Source of the DNA: a virus
Taxonomy: Duplodnaviria > Caudoviricetes
Virus record (IMG/VR): IMGVR_UViG_3300039441_000235
Location: 1-24,666 of that record
Direction: 5' to 3' (one strand)
Length of the DNA: 24,666 nt
In this document: positions 1 through 8,118 of the stretch, one piece after another
Layout: each line of letters starts with the position of its first letter
How positions within the stretch are numbered: position 1 is the first letter of the stretch
Notes under the pieces: generated by a model
Told to the model about the DNA's origin: nothing
What the model saw: the letters and a program-made list of their open reading frames with translations, nothing else
Databases searched by the model: none
Program-made: the position numbers and the translations under genes

Positions 1-669
1 GACGACCTGCTGGCCAGCGAGAAGGCTGACCGGTACGTGTTCAGCGGCCAGTACATGCAGCGCCCCAGCCCACTGGGCGGCGGCATCATCCGCAGCGCCA
101 ACTTCGGGCGGTACTCGGTGGTGCCCGAGCTGCACAAGCGCGTCATCTACGCCGACACGGCGCAGAAGACCGCCGAGCGCAACGACTACAGCGTGCTGCA
201 GTGCTGGGGCCACGGGAAGAACGGCCGGATCTACCTGCTGGACCAGATCCGGGGGAAGTGGCCGGCGCCCGAGCTGCGGACGAAGGCCATCGACTTCTGG
301 AACAAGCACCTGCCGTACGAGTTCCACTTTGGCGCGCCGCTGGTGCGCATGATGATCGAGGACAAGGCCAGCGGCACCGGCCTGATTCAGGACATCCAAG
401 CATCGGGAAGCATCCCGGTCGACGGCATCGAGCGCAACCGCGACAAGCTGACGCGCGTCATGGACGTGGTCAGCTATATCGACAGCGGCCTGGTGATGAT
501 TCCCGAGGACGCGCCGTGGGTGAGCGATTTCACGCAGGAATGCGACGCCTTCACGCCAGACGATACGCACGCACACGATGACCAGATCGATCCGATGGTG
601 GATGCGATCAATGACATGCTGGCCGGCGGCCGGTCGATGGATATCTGGACCAAACTCGGACAGCAATGA
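1..669 (+). CDS. terL: Terminase large subunit, C-terminal nuclease domain (5'-truncated by the window)
   Basis: Frame 1 is open from base 1 (DDLLASEK...). It carries RNase H-like terminase motifs YADTA, NDYSV, IEDKASG and HDDQIDP, and overlaps the portal start by ATGA. Confidence 0.9.
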   Translation, partial: DDLLASEKADRYVFSGQYMQRPSPLGGGIIRSANFGRYSVVPELHKRVIYADTAQKTAERNDYSVLQCWGHGKNGRIYLLDQIRGKWPAPELRTKAIDFWNKHLPYEFHFGAPLVRMMIEDKASGTGLIQDIQASGSIPVDGIERNRDKLTRVMDVVSYIDSGLVMIPEDAPWVSDFTQECDAFTPDDTHAHDDQIDPMVDAINDMLAGGRSMDIWTKLGQQ

Positions 670-2234
670 ACCGTAATCAACGCAAAGCGCAGCAACGGGC
701 GCACAAGGCCAACGTGGCCGCGTCCGCCGGCGCCAAGCGCTGGATCAGCGGCGACAGCTTCCAGAACTTCGAGGCACGCGTCGGTCTGGGCACAAACAAC
801 CAGGCCTCGCAGTACAGCTACGGCTTCGATTTCATCTCGCGCAACCGCGTGCAGATGGAGGCGATGTACCGGTCGTCATGGGTCGTTGGCCAGGCTGTCG
901 ACGTGGTCGCTGAGGACATGACTCGCGCCGGCATCGAGATCGGTTCGGATCTTCCGCCTGATGACAAGGACAGGCTGAACGCCGCGATCGAGGACATGGC
1001 GCTGTGGGATCGCGTCTGCGACACGATCAAGTGGGCACGGCTGTATGGTGGTGCGCTGGCGGTCATGCTGATCGACGGACAGAACCCGTCCACGCCGCTG
1101 CGCCCGGAGTCGGTGGGCAAGGATCAGTTCAAGGGCCTGCTGGTGCTGGACCGCTGGATGGTTCAGCCCACGCTGGAAGACCTGGTCACCGAACTGGGCC
1201 CGGACTTGGGCATGCCGAAGTACTACGACGTAGTGGCCGACAGCATGGCGCTATCGCGCCAGCGCATCCACTACAGCCGGGTGCTGCGCATCGACGGTGT
1301 CGACCTGCCGTACTGGCAGAAGATTGCCGAAAATCTGTGGGGGCAGTCGGTCATCGAGCGGCTGATTGATCGGCTCGTGGCATTCGACAGCACGACCATC
1401 GGTGCGGCACAGCTCGTCTACAAGGCGCATCTGCGCACGCTGAAGGTCGAGAAGCTGCGCGAGATCATCGCCATGGGCGGCCCGGCGCTGGAAGCGCTGA
1501 TCAAGAACGTCGACATGATCCGACGGTTCCAGTCGAACGAGGGGATGACGCTCGTCGATGCGGCCGATGACATGCAGACCGATACGTATCAGTTCTCGGG
1601 GCTCGACAGCGTGCTGATGCAGTTCGGCCAGCAGCTATCCGGCGCGTTGCAGATTCCCCTGGTGCGCCTGTTCGGGCAGTCGCCGGCCGGCCTGAACTCG
1701 TCAGGCGAGTCGGACCTGCGCACGTACTACGACAACGTCAACCAGCAGCAGGAAAGACGTCTGCGTCGGCCTGTGACACGGCTGATGGCCGTGCTGGGGC
1801 GGTCCGTGCTCGGCAGGGCGCTTCCGGAGGGCTTCGCCTACGCGTTCCGATCGCTGTGGCAGCTCTCCGACACCGAGAAGGCGAGCAACGCCAAGACGAC
1901 AACGGATGCGGTGGTCGCGGCCTACGACGCCGACCTGATCGACAAGCCGACGGCGATGAAGGAACTGCGCCAGTCGAGCCACGTTACCGGGGTGTACACC
2001 AGCATCACGGACGAGGACATCGACGCGGCCGAGAACGAGCCGCCGCCGACGCCTGAGATGGAACTGCCTGATGGTGATGATCCGAACAACCGACCGGAAG
2101 CGCCGCCGGAACCCCGTAAGGACCAGCGGACCGGAAAGGGTGTACAGGACGCAGCTCCGACAGGTCGCCCAGCAGGTGGGCGTATTGGTCAATGGCTTTC
2201 CGCCTGGCGATCCCGCCGTTCTGCCGACGATTGA
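666..2234 (+). CDS. Phage portal protein (DUF1073/HI1409-like)
   Basis: 522 aa immediately after terL. Motifs MYRSSW...AEDMTR, WARLYGG and [15 protein letters not shown]...ESDLRTYYD are typical of this portal family. Confidence 0.9.
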   Translation: MNRNQRKAQQRAHKANVAASAGAKRWISGDSFQNFEARVGLGTNNQASQYSYGFDFISRNRVQMEAMYRSSWVVGQAVDVVAEDMTRAGIEIGSDLPPDDKDRLNAAIEDMALWDRVCDTIKWARLYGGALAVMLIDGQNPSTPLRPESVGKDQFKGLLVLDRWMVQPTLEDLVTELGPDLGMPKYYDVVADSMALSRQRIHYSRVLRIDGVDLPYWQKIAENLWGQSVIERLIDRLVAFDSTTIGAAQLVYKAHLRTLKVEKLREIIAMGGPALEALIKNVDMIRRFQSNEGMTLVDAADDMQTDTYQFSGLDSVLMQFGQQLSGALQIPLVRLFGQSPAGLNSSGESDLRTYYDNVNQQQERRLRRPVTRLMAVLGRSVLGRALPEGFAYAFRSLWQLSDTEKASNAKTTTDAVVAAYDADLIDKPTAMKELRQSSHVTGVYTSITDEDIDAAENEPPPTPEMELPDGDDPNNRPEAPPEPRKDQRTGKGVQDAAPTGRPAGGRIGQWLSAWRSRRSADD

Positions 2235-2826
2235 GCAGCTGCTGCAGCGGTACGCCGAGGCGCTGACGCCATGGGCCGAGCGCGCCGCGGCCGAGATGCT
2301 GTCCGAGGTGAACCGCCGCGACGAACAGGCGTGGATGCTGCAGGCCAAGGACCTGTCTCGCGCGCTGCGGCTGGAAATCCGGACCGCACCCACTGGCGCC
2401 GCGATGCAGGCGCTGATGGCTGAGCAGGTTGGGCTGATCAAGTCCATCCCGCTCGACGCTGCCCAGCGCGTGCACAAGCTGACGATCGAGGCGATCGAAG
2501 ACAGCAACCGGGCGTCGGAGATCTCAAAGGCCATCCAGGCATCGGGCGACGTGGCCAAGAGCCGCGCCGACTTGATAGCCCGGACCGAGGTCGCGCGCAC
2601 TGCGTCGACGCTTACCGAGGCGCGCGCACTGCATGTCGGCTCGCCCGGGTACTTCTGGCGCACTGCTGGCGACGGCGATGTGCGCGAAGACCACCGAGAG
2701 CTGGAAGGCAAGTTCATTCGCTGGGATGACCCGCCAATCGCAGACAAACGGACCGGGCGTCGCGCACACGCCGGTTGCATCTACGGCTGCCGCTGCTATC
2801 CAGAACCTGTAATTCCCGAGGACTGA
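2071..2826 (+). CDS. Head morphogenesis protein (SPP1 gp7/Mu F-like)
   Basis: Has LIARTE, YFWRTAGDGDVREDH and a C-terminal GCIYGCRC motif, and follows the portal. Start is 2071 or 2077, inside the portal 3' end. Confidence 0.85.
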   Translation: MVMIRTTDRKRRRNPVRTSGPERVYRTQLRQVAQQVGVLVNGFPPGDPAVLPTIEQLLQRYAEALTPWAERAAAEMLSEVNRRDEQAWMLQAKDLSRALRLEIRTAPTGAAMQALMAEQVGLIKSIPLDAAQRVHKLTIEAIEDSNRASEISKAIQASGDVAKSRADLIARTEVARTASTLTEARALHVGSPGYFWRTAGDGDVREDHRELEGKFIRWDDPPIADKRTGRRAHAGCIYGCRCYPEPVIPED

Positions 2827-2829
2827 TCC

Positions 2830-4149
2830 ATGGCAATGCGCTTCTTCACAGTTCAGAAGCTCGGACCGAAGCGGTCGCTGACGCCCGAGGGCTTCCTGCT
2901 GTGCGAGGAAGTACCCGTCGCGCGGACTGGCGAGATGCTGTATGGCCCTGGCGAGGTGCCGGTGGAGCCTGGCCCAGATGGCCTGATCCGCATCAGCCGG
3001 ACGGCCGAAGAGGTATTCCGTGATGCGACCCAGGCGAGCTGCATGGGCAAGGACATCACGCTCGATCACCCTGACGACTTCGTGCAGCCGTCCAACTTCG
3101 CCATGCTCACCCAGGGTGTGATGCTGAACCCGCGCCGCGGCACGGGCCTTGCCGACGACCTACTGGTGGCCGACCTGCTGATCAAGCACCCCGCGTCCAT
3201 CAAGGCAGTACAGGAAGACGAGATCGAAGAGGTCAGCCTCGGCTATGAGGCGGACTACGAACAGGTATCACCCGGCCGCGGGGTACAGCGGAACATCGTT
3301 GTCAACCACGTAGCCCTCGTCGAGCGCGGCCGGTGTGGCCCGCGCTGCGCGATCGGCGATAAGGAAACCGAAGATATGAAGACCAAAGACAGCAAGCCCA
3401 AGGGCAAACGCAGCTTCGCTGACCGCATTCGCGCGGCATTCATGGCCAAGGACGCCGACGCCGTCGAGGAACTGGCCAACGAAGCCGAGTCCATGGACGA
3501 GGAGTCCGAAGAAGAGCGCAAGGCGCGCGAGGCCAAGGAAAAGGAAGCGAAGACCGGCGATGCCCTCACGCAGATCCTGGCCAAGCTGAAGTCCATGGAC
3601 GCCGACATTCAGGAGCTGAAGGAAGCGCGAGACGAGGAATCGGAGGAAGAACGCAAGGCGCGCGAAGCCAAGGAGAAGGGCGGCACCGGCGACAACGGCG
3701 GCGACCTCACGCAGGCCAAAACGGCCGGCACGATCAGCCAGGCTGAAGTCGACCTGTACACCGGCGACGCGGCGGCCAGCATTCCGTCGCGCGCCGAGAT
3801 CTTGGCACCTGGCATCAGCCTTCCGACCATGGACGCCAAGATGGAAACGAAAGACCGTGCGGCTGCCCTGTGCAAGTGCCAGCGCAAGGCGCTTGACCTA
3901 GCCTACAAGACTGACGCTGGCAAGGCGGCGATCACGCCGTTCCTAGGCGGCATGACGGCTGACTTCGAGAAGTTGCCGGTCGCGCTGGTGCACGCCGCGT
4001 TCATGGGCGCCAGCGAACTGGTGAAGGCCCAGAACAACGGCCGCGCGCACGACAGCGTCGCGAAGACCAAGGACTTCGGCAAGCCCCGCACGGTCGCCGA
4101 TATCAACGCAGCCAACCGCAAGTACTGGGCCGATCGGTCCGCTCACTAA
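2830..4149 (+). CDS. Prohead protease/scaffold (DUF2213-like)
   Basis: N-terminal TPEGFLLC..VPVARTG, TLDHP, EVSLGY and NHVALVERGRCG motifs, followed by a charged, helical scaffold-like C-terminal half. Confidence 0.85.
   Translation: MAMRFFTVQKLGPKRSLTPEGFLLCEEVPVARTGEMLYGPGEVPVEPGPDGLIRISRTAEEVFRDATQASCMGKDITLDHPDDFVQPSNFAMLTQGVMLNPRRGTGLADDLLVADLLIKHPASIKAVQEDEIEEVSLGYEADYEQVSPGRGVQRNIVVNHVALVERGRCGPRCAIGDKETEDMKTKDSKPKGKRSFADRIRAAFMAKDADAVEELANEAESMDEESEEERKAREAKEKEAKTGDALTQILAKLKSMDADIQELKEARDEESEEERKAREAKEKGGTGDNGGDLTQAKTAGTISQAEVDLYTGDAAASIPSRAEILAPGISLPTMDAKMETKDRAAALCKCQRKALDLAYKTDAGKAAITPFLGGMTADFEKLPVALVHAAFMGASELVKAQNNGRAHDSVAKTKDFGKPRTVADINAANRKYWADRSAH
3496..3678 (+). repeat. 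48-nt imperfect direct repeat encoding DEESEEERKAREAKEK twice (3496-3543, 3631-3678)
   Basis: The 16-aa peptide is identical in both copies, with synonymous nucleotide differences. Confidence 0.9.
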
Positions 4150-4161
4150 GGAGTCCCGCAC

Positions 4162-4656
4162 ATGGGCAACGCAATCCTGTATCGCATGGCCTCGGGCATT
4201 CCGGGTGACATCTCGCGCCAGTCGCAGGCCACGGTCGAATCGCTGATTCTCGACTCGACCAACCCGTTCGCTGGCTACGGCCTGTTCGGCAAGATCGCCA
4301 ACGGCAAGTTCGTACCGGTGGGTGCTGGTGACGTAGCTACCGCAGTCTATGGCCTGCTGGTGCGTCCGTATCCCACCACGGGCGGTGCCGCTTCTGATCC
4401 GCTTGGCACCGCCACGCCGCCTACCAAGGGCGTAGCGGACGTGCTGCGCCGCGGTTACATGACCGTCAAGAACAACGCTGGCACCCCGGCGCTTGGCGGC
4501 GCCGTGTACATCCGTGTGGCGAACGCCGCAGCGGGCAAGCCTATCGGCGGTATCGAGGCAGCTGCCGATAGTACGAACACCATCGCTGTCACGGGCGCCA
4601 TCTTCACGAACGCCGGTGATGCCAACGGCAATGTCGAAATCGCCTTCAACATCTAA
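4162..4656 (+). CDS. Capsid decoration/cement protein
   Basis: 164 aa, Gly/Ala/Val-rich, between scaffold and capsid. Strong RBS TAAGGAG; ends VEIAFNI. Confidence 0.75.
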   Translation: MGNAILYRMASGIPGDISRQSQATVESLILDSTNPFAGYGLFGKIANGKFVPVGAGDVATAVYGLLVRPYPTTGGAASDPLGTATPPTKGVADVLRRGYMTVKNNAGTPALGGAVYIRVANAAAGKPIGGIEAAADSTNTIAVTGAIFTNAGDANGNVEIAFNI

Positions 4657-4669
4657 GGGGCTACCCAGA

Positions 4670-5707
4670 ATGAGCAAAATCATCCTCCCGCGCATGGCTG
4701 CCGCGGCCGCGATCGCCATGGTCAACGCCCCGGCAATCATCCGCGCTCGCACGCGCGACAACATGCTGACGTTCGATAGCCGCACGATCGATAGCACCGG
4801 CGCCTTCCTGATCGGCGAGCTGGAACGGCTGGACCAGACGCTGCACGGTCCGCTGGCGTCGGTCACCTGGTCGCGCGACATCGACCTGCGTGAAGACGTG
4901 TCGATCGCCGACGAGACCTCGTCGTTCACCAACTCGTCTTTCGCGGCTGCTGGTGGTGCATCGCCGAACGGCAAGTCGTGGATCGGCAAGGACGCCTCGG
5001 CAATTCAGGGTATTGCGCTGGACATCGGCAAGACGGCCAACCCGCTGACGCTGTGGGGCATGCAGGTCGGCTGGACCATCCCCGAACTGGAGTCCGCTCA
5101 GAAGCTTGGCCGACCGGTGGATCAGCAGAAGTACGCCGGCATGCAGCTCAAGCAAAACATGGACGTCGACGAGCAGGTCTACATCGGCGATACGGTGCTG
5201 GGTGTCACCGGCCTGGTGAACAACGTTGCTGTGACCAACCTCACGAACGCGCAGACCGGCAACTGGGCTACTGCTACGCCGGATCAGATTCTGGCTGACG
5301 TGAACGAGCTGCTCACCAGCGTCTGGGCTGCCTCCGCGTATGCCTACTGCCCGTCCGAGTTCCGCCTGCCGCCGGCCAAGTTTGGTCAGCTCGTGAGCGC
5401 CAAGGTCAGCAGCGCCGGCAACATCAGCGTGCTCGAGTACCTGAAGCAGAACACGATTTCGAACTCGATCAACGGCCGTCCGCTGAACATCCAGCCGCTG
5501 AAGTGGCTCTATCAGCGCGGCACCGCGAACGCGGACCGCATGATGGCGTACACCAAAGAGCAGGACAAAGTCCGCTTCCCGCTGGTGCCGCTGCAGCGGA
5601 CCCCGCTCGAGTATCGCGACATCCGCCAGCTCACCACGTACTTCGGCCGCCTCGGCGTGGTCGAAGTCGTGTACCCCGAGTTGATTGGCTACCGCGACGG
5701 CATCTAA
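4670..5707 (+). CDS. Major capsid protein (DUF2184-like)
   Basis: Contains the TFD...GAFLIGELERLD motif and ends YRDGI. ATG 4670 follows TAAGGGG; the track start 4493 would overlap the previous gene. Confidence 0.9.
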   Translation: MSKIILPRMAAAAAIAMVNAPAIIRARTRDNMLTFDSRTIDSTGAFLIGELERLDQTLHGPLASVTWSRDIDLREDVSIADETSSFTNSSFAAAGGASPNGKSWIGKDASAIQGIALDIGKTANPLTLWGMQVGWTIPELESAQKLGRPVDQQKYAGMQLKQNMDVDEQVYIGDTVLGVTGLVNNVAVTNLTNAQTGNWATATPDQILADVNELLTSVWAASAYAYCPSEFRLPPAKFGQLVSAKVSSAGNISVLEYLKQNTISNSINGRPLNIQPLKWLYQRGTANADRMMAYTKEQDKVRFPLVPLQRTPLEYRDIRQLTTYFGRLGVVEVVYPELIGYRDGI

Positions 5708-5716
5708 GGGGGCGTC

Positions 5717-6136
5717 ATGGCAAAGGTCAAGATCTACGTCGAGAAGGCGTTCAAGCTGCTGGGCGATGACGGCAAGCACACCGACTACCCGGTCGGCAAT
5801 CACACCGTCGAAAAGGAAACCGCTGAACACTGGTTCGTGAAGGCGCACACCGGTGACGAGCCGCCGACCAGCCCAGAAATGGATGCTGAGCTGGCAGAGC
5901 AGCGTGCGGCGCTCGACTCTGCCGCCCAGTTTCTGGAGGGCAAGGCTGAGCAGCTGAAGGCGTTCCAGGAAGCACTGGATGCCCGCGCCAGTGCTCTGGC
6001 CGACGGCGAGGAAAAGCTGGCTCAGCGCGAAGCCGATCTGAACGCGCGCGCTGACGCGCTGGATGCCCGCGAGGCAGCCATCGCCGAGCGTGAGAAGGCA
6101 GCGGACGCAGCGGCCAAGCAGACAAGCAAAAAGTAA
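5717..6136 (+). CDS. Head-associated phage protein with C-terminal coiled coil
   Basis: RBS TAAGGGGG. N-terminal domain with G.HTV....AEHWFVKAH, then an Ala/Glu heptad-repeat tail. Confidence 0.7.
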   Translation: MAKVKIYVEKAFKLLGDDGKHTDYPVGNHTVEKETAEHWFVKAHTGDEPPTSPEMDAELAEQRAALDSAAQFLEGKAEQLKAFQEALDARASALADGEEKLAQREADLNARADALDAREAAIAEREKAADAAAKQTSKK

Positions 6137-6175
6137 GGGGTATGATGCCTCGCGAGGGGCATCAGCCAACCACCT

Positions 6176-6559
6176 ATGACACCTGAACAGTTCCGACAGG
6201 ACTTTCCCGAGTTCAACGACACGACGAAGTACCCGGACGCGACAGTGCAGCTCTGGCTGACCGTCTCCATATCGCTCGTGAACCCGGACCGCTGGGGCGT
6301 CCTGACGGATCAGGGCATCGAGCTCGTGACGGCCCACCATCTGGCGCTCGCCAAGCGTGACCAGGACGCTGCGGCTGCCGGGGGCACACCCGGCGAGGTC
6401 AAGGGGCCGACATCTTCCAAGTCCGTCGACAAGGTTTCGGTGTCCTATGACACCGGCGCAGTGACGCTACAGGACGCTGGATTCTGGAACCAGACTACCT
6501 ACGGTGTGCGCTTTCTCACGATCGCGCGGGCCATGGGTGCCGGCGGTCTGCAGCTATGA
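6176..6559 (+). CDS. Head-tail connector (DUF4054-like)
   Basis: FRQDFPEF..TTKYPD, AHHL, SKSVDKVSVSYD and WNQTTYG motifs; position after the capsid genes. Confidence 0.8.
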   Translation: MTPEQFRQDFPEFNDTTKYPDATVQLWLTVSISLVNPDRWGVLTDQGIELVTAHHLALAKRDQDAAAAGGTPGEVKGPTSSKSVDKVSVSYDTGAVTLQDAGFWNQTTYGVRFLTIARAMGAGGLQL

Positions 6560-6568
6560 GGCGGCACT

Positions 6569-7102
6569 ATGGTCGAAATGAAGGTGGACAAGCTCGGCGC
6601 CGTGATCGGCGCCATTAATGAGCTAGTGAAGAAGGACGTCCTCGTTGGCGTGCCATCGGCCAAGGCCGAGCGCAGGGACGAAGGCGAGCCCATCAACAAT
6701 GCGTCGATCGGCTACATCATGGAAACCGGTTCGCCCGTCAACAACATTCCGGCACGCCCGCACCTGATTCCCGGTATCAAGGACGTGCGGGACAAAGTCG
6801 CTGATGCCCTAGGAAGTGGCGCCAGTGCGGCGCTGTCTGGTTCTCGGCAGGGCGTGAATGCGGCGCTCAACAAAGCCGGGCTGATCGGCCAGAACGGCGT
6901 GCGTGCGAAGATCACGGACGGCCCGTTCGCACCGCTTTCCGAAGCGACCCTACGCGCTCGTGCGCGCCGCGGGCGGAAGGGCGCAGCTGCCGAGCTGGCC
7001 AGCCGCGCCGCTGGCAACCAGCCCGACAATGCGAACGCCAAGCCGTTGATCGACACCGGCCAGTATCGCCAGTCGATTACCTACGTGGTGAGGGACAAGT
7101 AA
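6569..7102 (+). CDS. Neck/tail completion (virion morphogenesis) protein
   Basis: IPARP and KPLIDTGQ..QSITYVV motifs; synteny. Confidence 0.7.
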   Translation: MVEMKVDKLGAVIGAINELVKKDVLVGVPSAKAERRDEGEPINNASIGYIMETGSPVNNIPARPHLIPGIKDVRDKVADALGSGASAALSGSRQGVNAALNKAGLIGQNGVRAKITDGPFAPLSEATLRARARRGRKGAAAELASRAAGNQPDNANAKPLIDTGQYRQSITYVVRDK

Positions 7103-7473
7103 TGCCACTGCTCGACGTCTCGGACATCCTGTTCGATCCGGACTTTGCCGACCTCACCCTGACCGTCACGCGAAATGCGCAGACGGTAGGGAACGACGGC
7201 ATCGCGGTGGACACACCCACCACCACGCCCTTTGTTGGCGTGGTGACCAGCTCGACCGGTTCGGTGTTGCATCGGGTCGCCGAAGGCGCTCGCATCAGCG
7301 ACACGATCCTAATCCACACACGGTTCAAGCTCATCGACGGGCAGGCTGGCTACGACGCCGACATCGTCAACTGGCAGGGTCTGCAATGGACGGTGACCAA
7401 CGTCAACGACTACAGCACGTACGGCCGTGGCTTCGTGGCCGCGACGTGCACGCTGAAGCAACTCTCGGGGTAA
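7102..7473 (+). CDS. Head closure/head-tail adaptor protein
   Basis: MPLLDVSDILFDPDF start, beta-rich 123 aa, TAATG overlap with the previous gene. Confidence 0.65.
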   Translation: MPLLDVSDILFDPDFADLTLTVTRNAQTVGNDGIAVDTPTTTPFVGVVTSSTGSVLHRVAEGARISDTILIHTRFKLIDGQAGYDADIVNWQGLQWTVTNVNDYSTYGRGFVAATCTLKQLSG

Positions 7474-7476
7474 GAC

Positions 7477-8058
7477 ATGGCTGATAGCTCGACAGGGGGA
7501 TACCTCTCGCCTGCCGTGGCTTCGCCACCGCTTGAGGACGCGGCGCTCGACGCGATCTTCCAGAAGATGATCGTTGGCATTACCGGGTTGCCCGGGAACA
7601 TGGTCCGGCCACGCTGGCAGGCCACGGTCCCCAAGCAGCCCGAGGCGACTGCGAACTGGTGCGCGCTGGGCGTCATGGTGCAGACGCCGGATGCCGGGCC
7701 CGCAATTTCCCACGATCCAGATGGCGACGGTAGCGATACCTACGTGCGCCACGAAGCGATCGAGGTGCTGGCGTCGTTCTATGGTCCGAACGCCAAGCAG
7801 TATGCGCACCAGCTGCTCGACGGTCTCGCCATCCCGCAGAACCTTGAGCAGTTGAAGACCAACGACATGCAGTCGGTCGACACCGGCGAGATCCGCCCGG
7901 CGCCCGACCTGGTCAGTGAGCAGTGGATTCGGCGATATGACGTCATGCTGAATTTCCGCCGCAAGGTCACGCGCAGCTACGCAGTGCTGAACATCCTCTC
8001 GGCGGGCGCCACGATCCAGACGCCGACGACCACGACGCCAGTCAACGTCAAGCCGTAA
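7477..8058 (+). CDS. Tail terminator/neck protein
   Basis: STGGYL and GLPGNMVRPRWQ motifs; last gene before the sheath. Confidence 0.65.
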   Translation: MADSSTGGYLSPAVASPPLEDAALDAIFQKMIVGITGLPGNMVRPRWQATVPKQPEATANWCALGVMVQTPDAGPAISHDPDGDGSDTYVRHEAIEVLASFYGPNAKQYAHQLLDGLAIPQNLEQLKTNDMQSVDTGEIRPAPDLVSEQWIRRYDVMLNFRRKVTRSYAVLNILSAGATIQTPTTTTPVNVKP

Positions 8059-8080
8059 TCCAGTTTCACCCCATTCCACA

Positions 8081-8103
8081 GGCCCGCCGCGAGCGGGCTT
8101 TTC
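8081..8103 (+). terminator. Intrinsic terminator-like hairpin before the sheath gene
   Basis: GCCCGC-CGCGA-GCGGGC followed by TTTTCCATTT. Confidence 0.65.
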
Positions 8104-8118
8104 CATTTGGAGCGGTCC

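Noticed and set aside
666-2234. Anti-CBASS Acb1 label sometimes attached to DUF1073 proteins
   Set aside because: Position and motifs indicate a portal protein, and no fused 2H-phosphoesterase (HxT/S) domain is seen.
4493-4669. Upstream track starts for capsid (4493), sheath (8107), tape measure (10971), hub (13743), endolysin (21258), HNH-like gene (21782), Rz1 (22600) and HEXXH gene (23790)
   Set aside because: They overlap preceding genes or lack an RBS; downstream ATGs have better SDs or stop-start coupling.
4661-6340. 559-aa minus-strand ORF, and similar long ones at 1701-2780, 3943-4989, 13887-15827 and 15755-16987
   Set aside because: These are antisense shadows of well-supported + strand genes in high-GC DNA, with no motifs or RBS.
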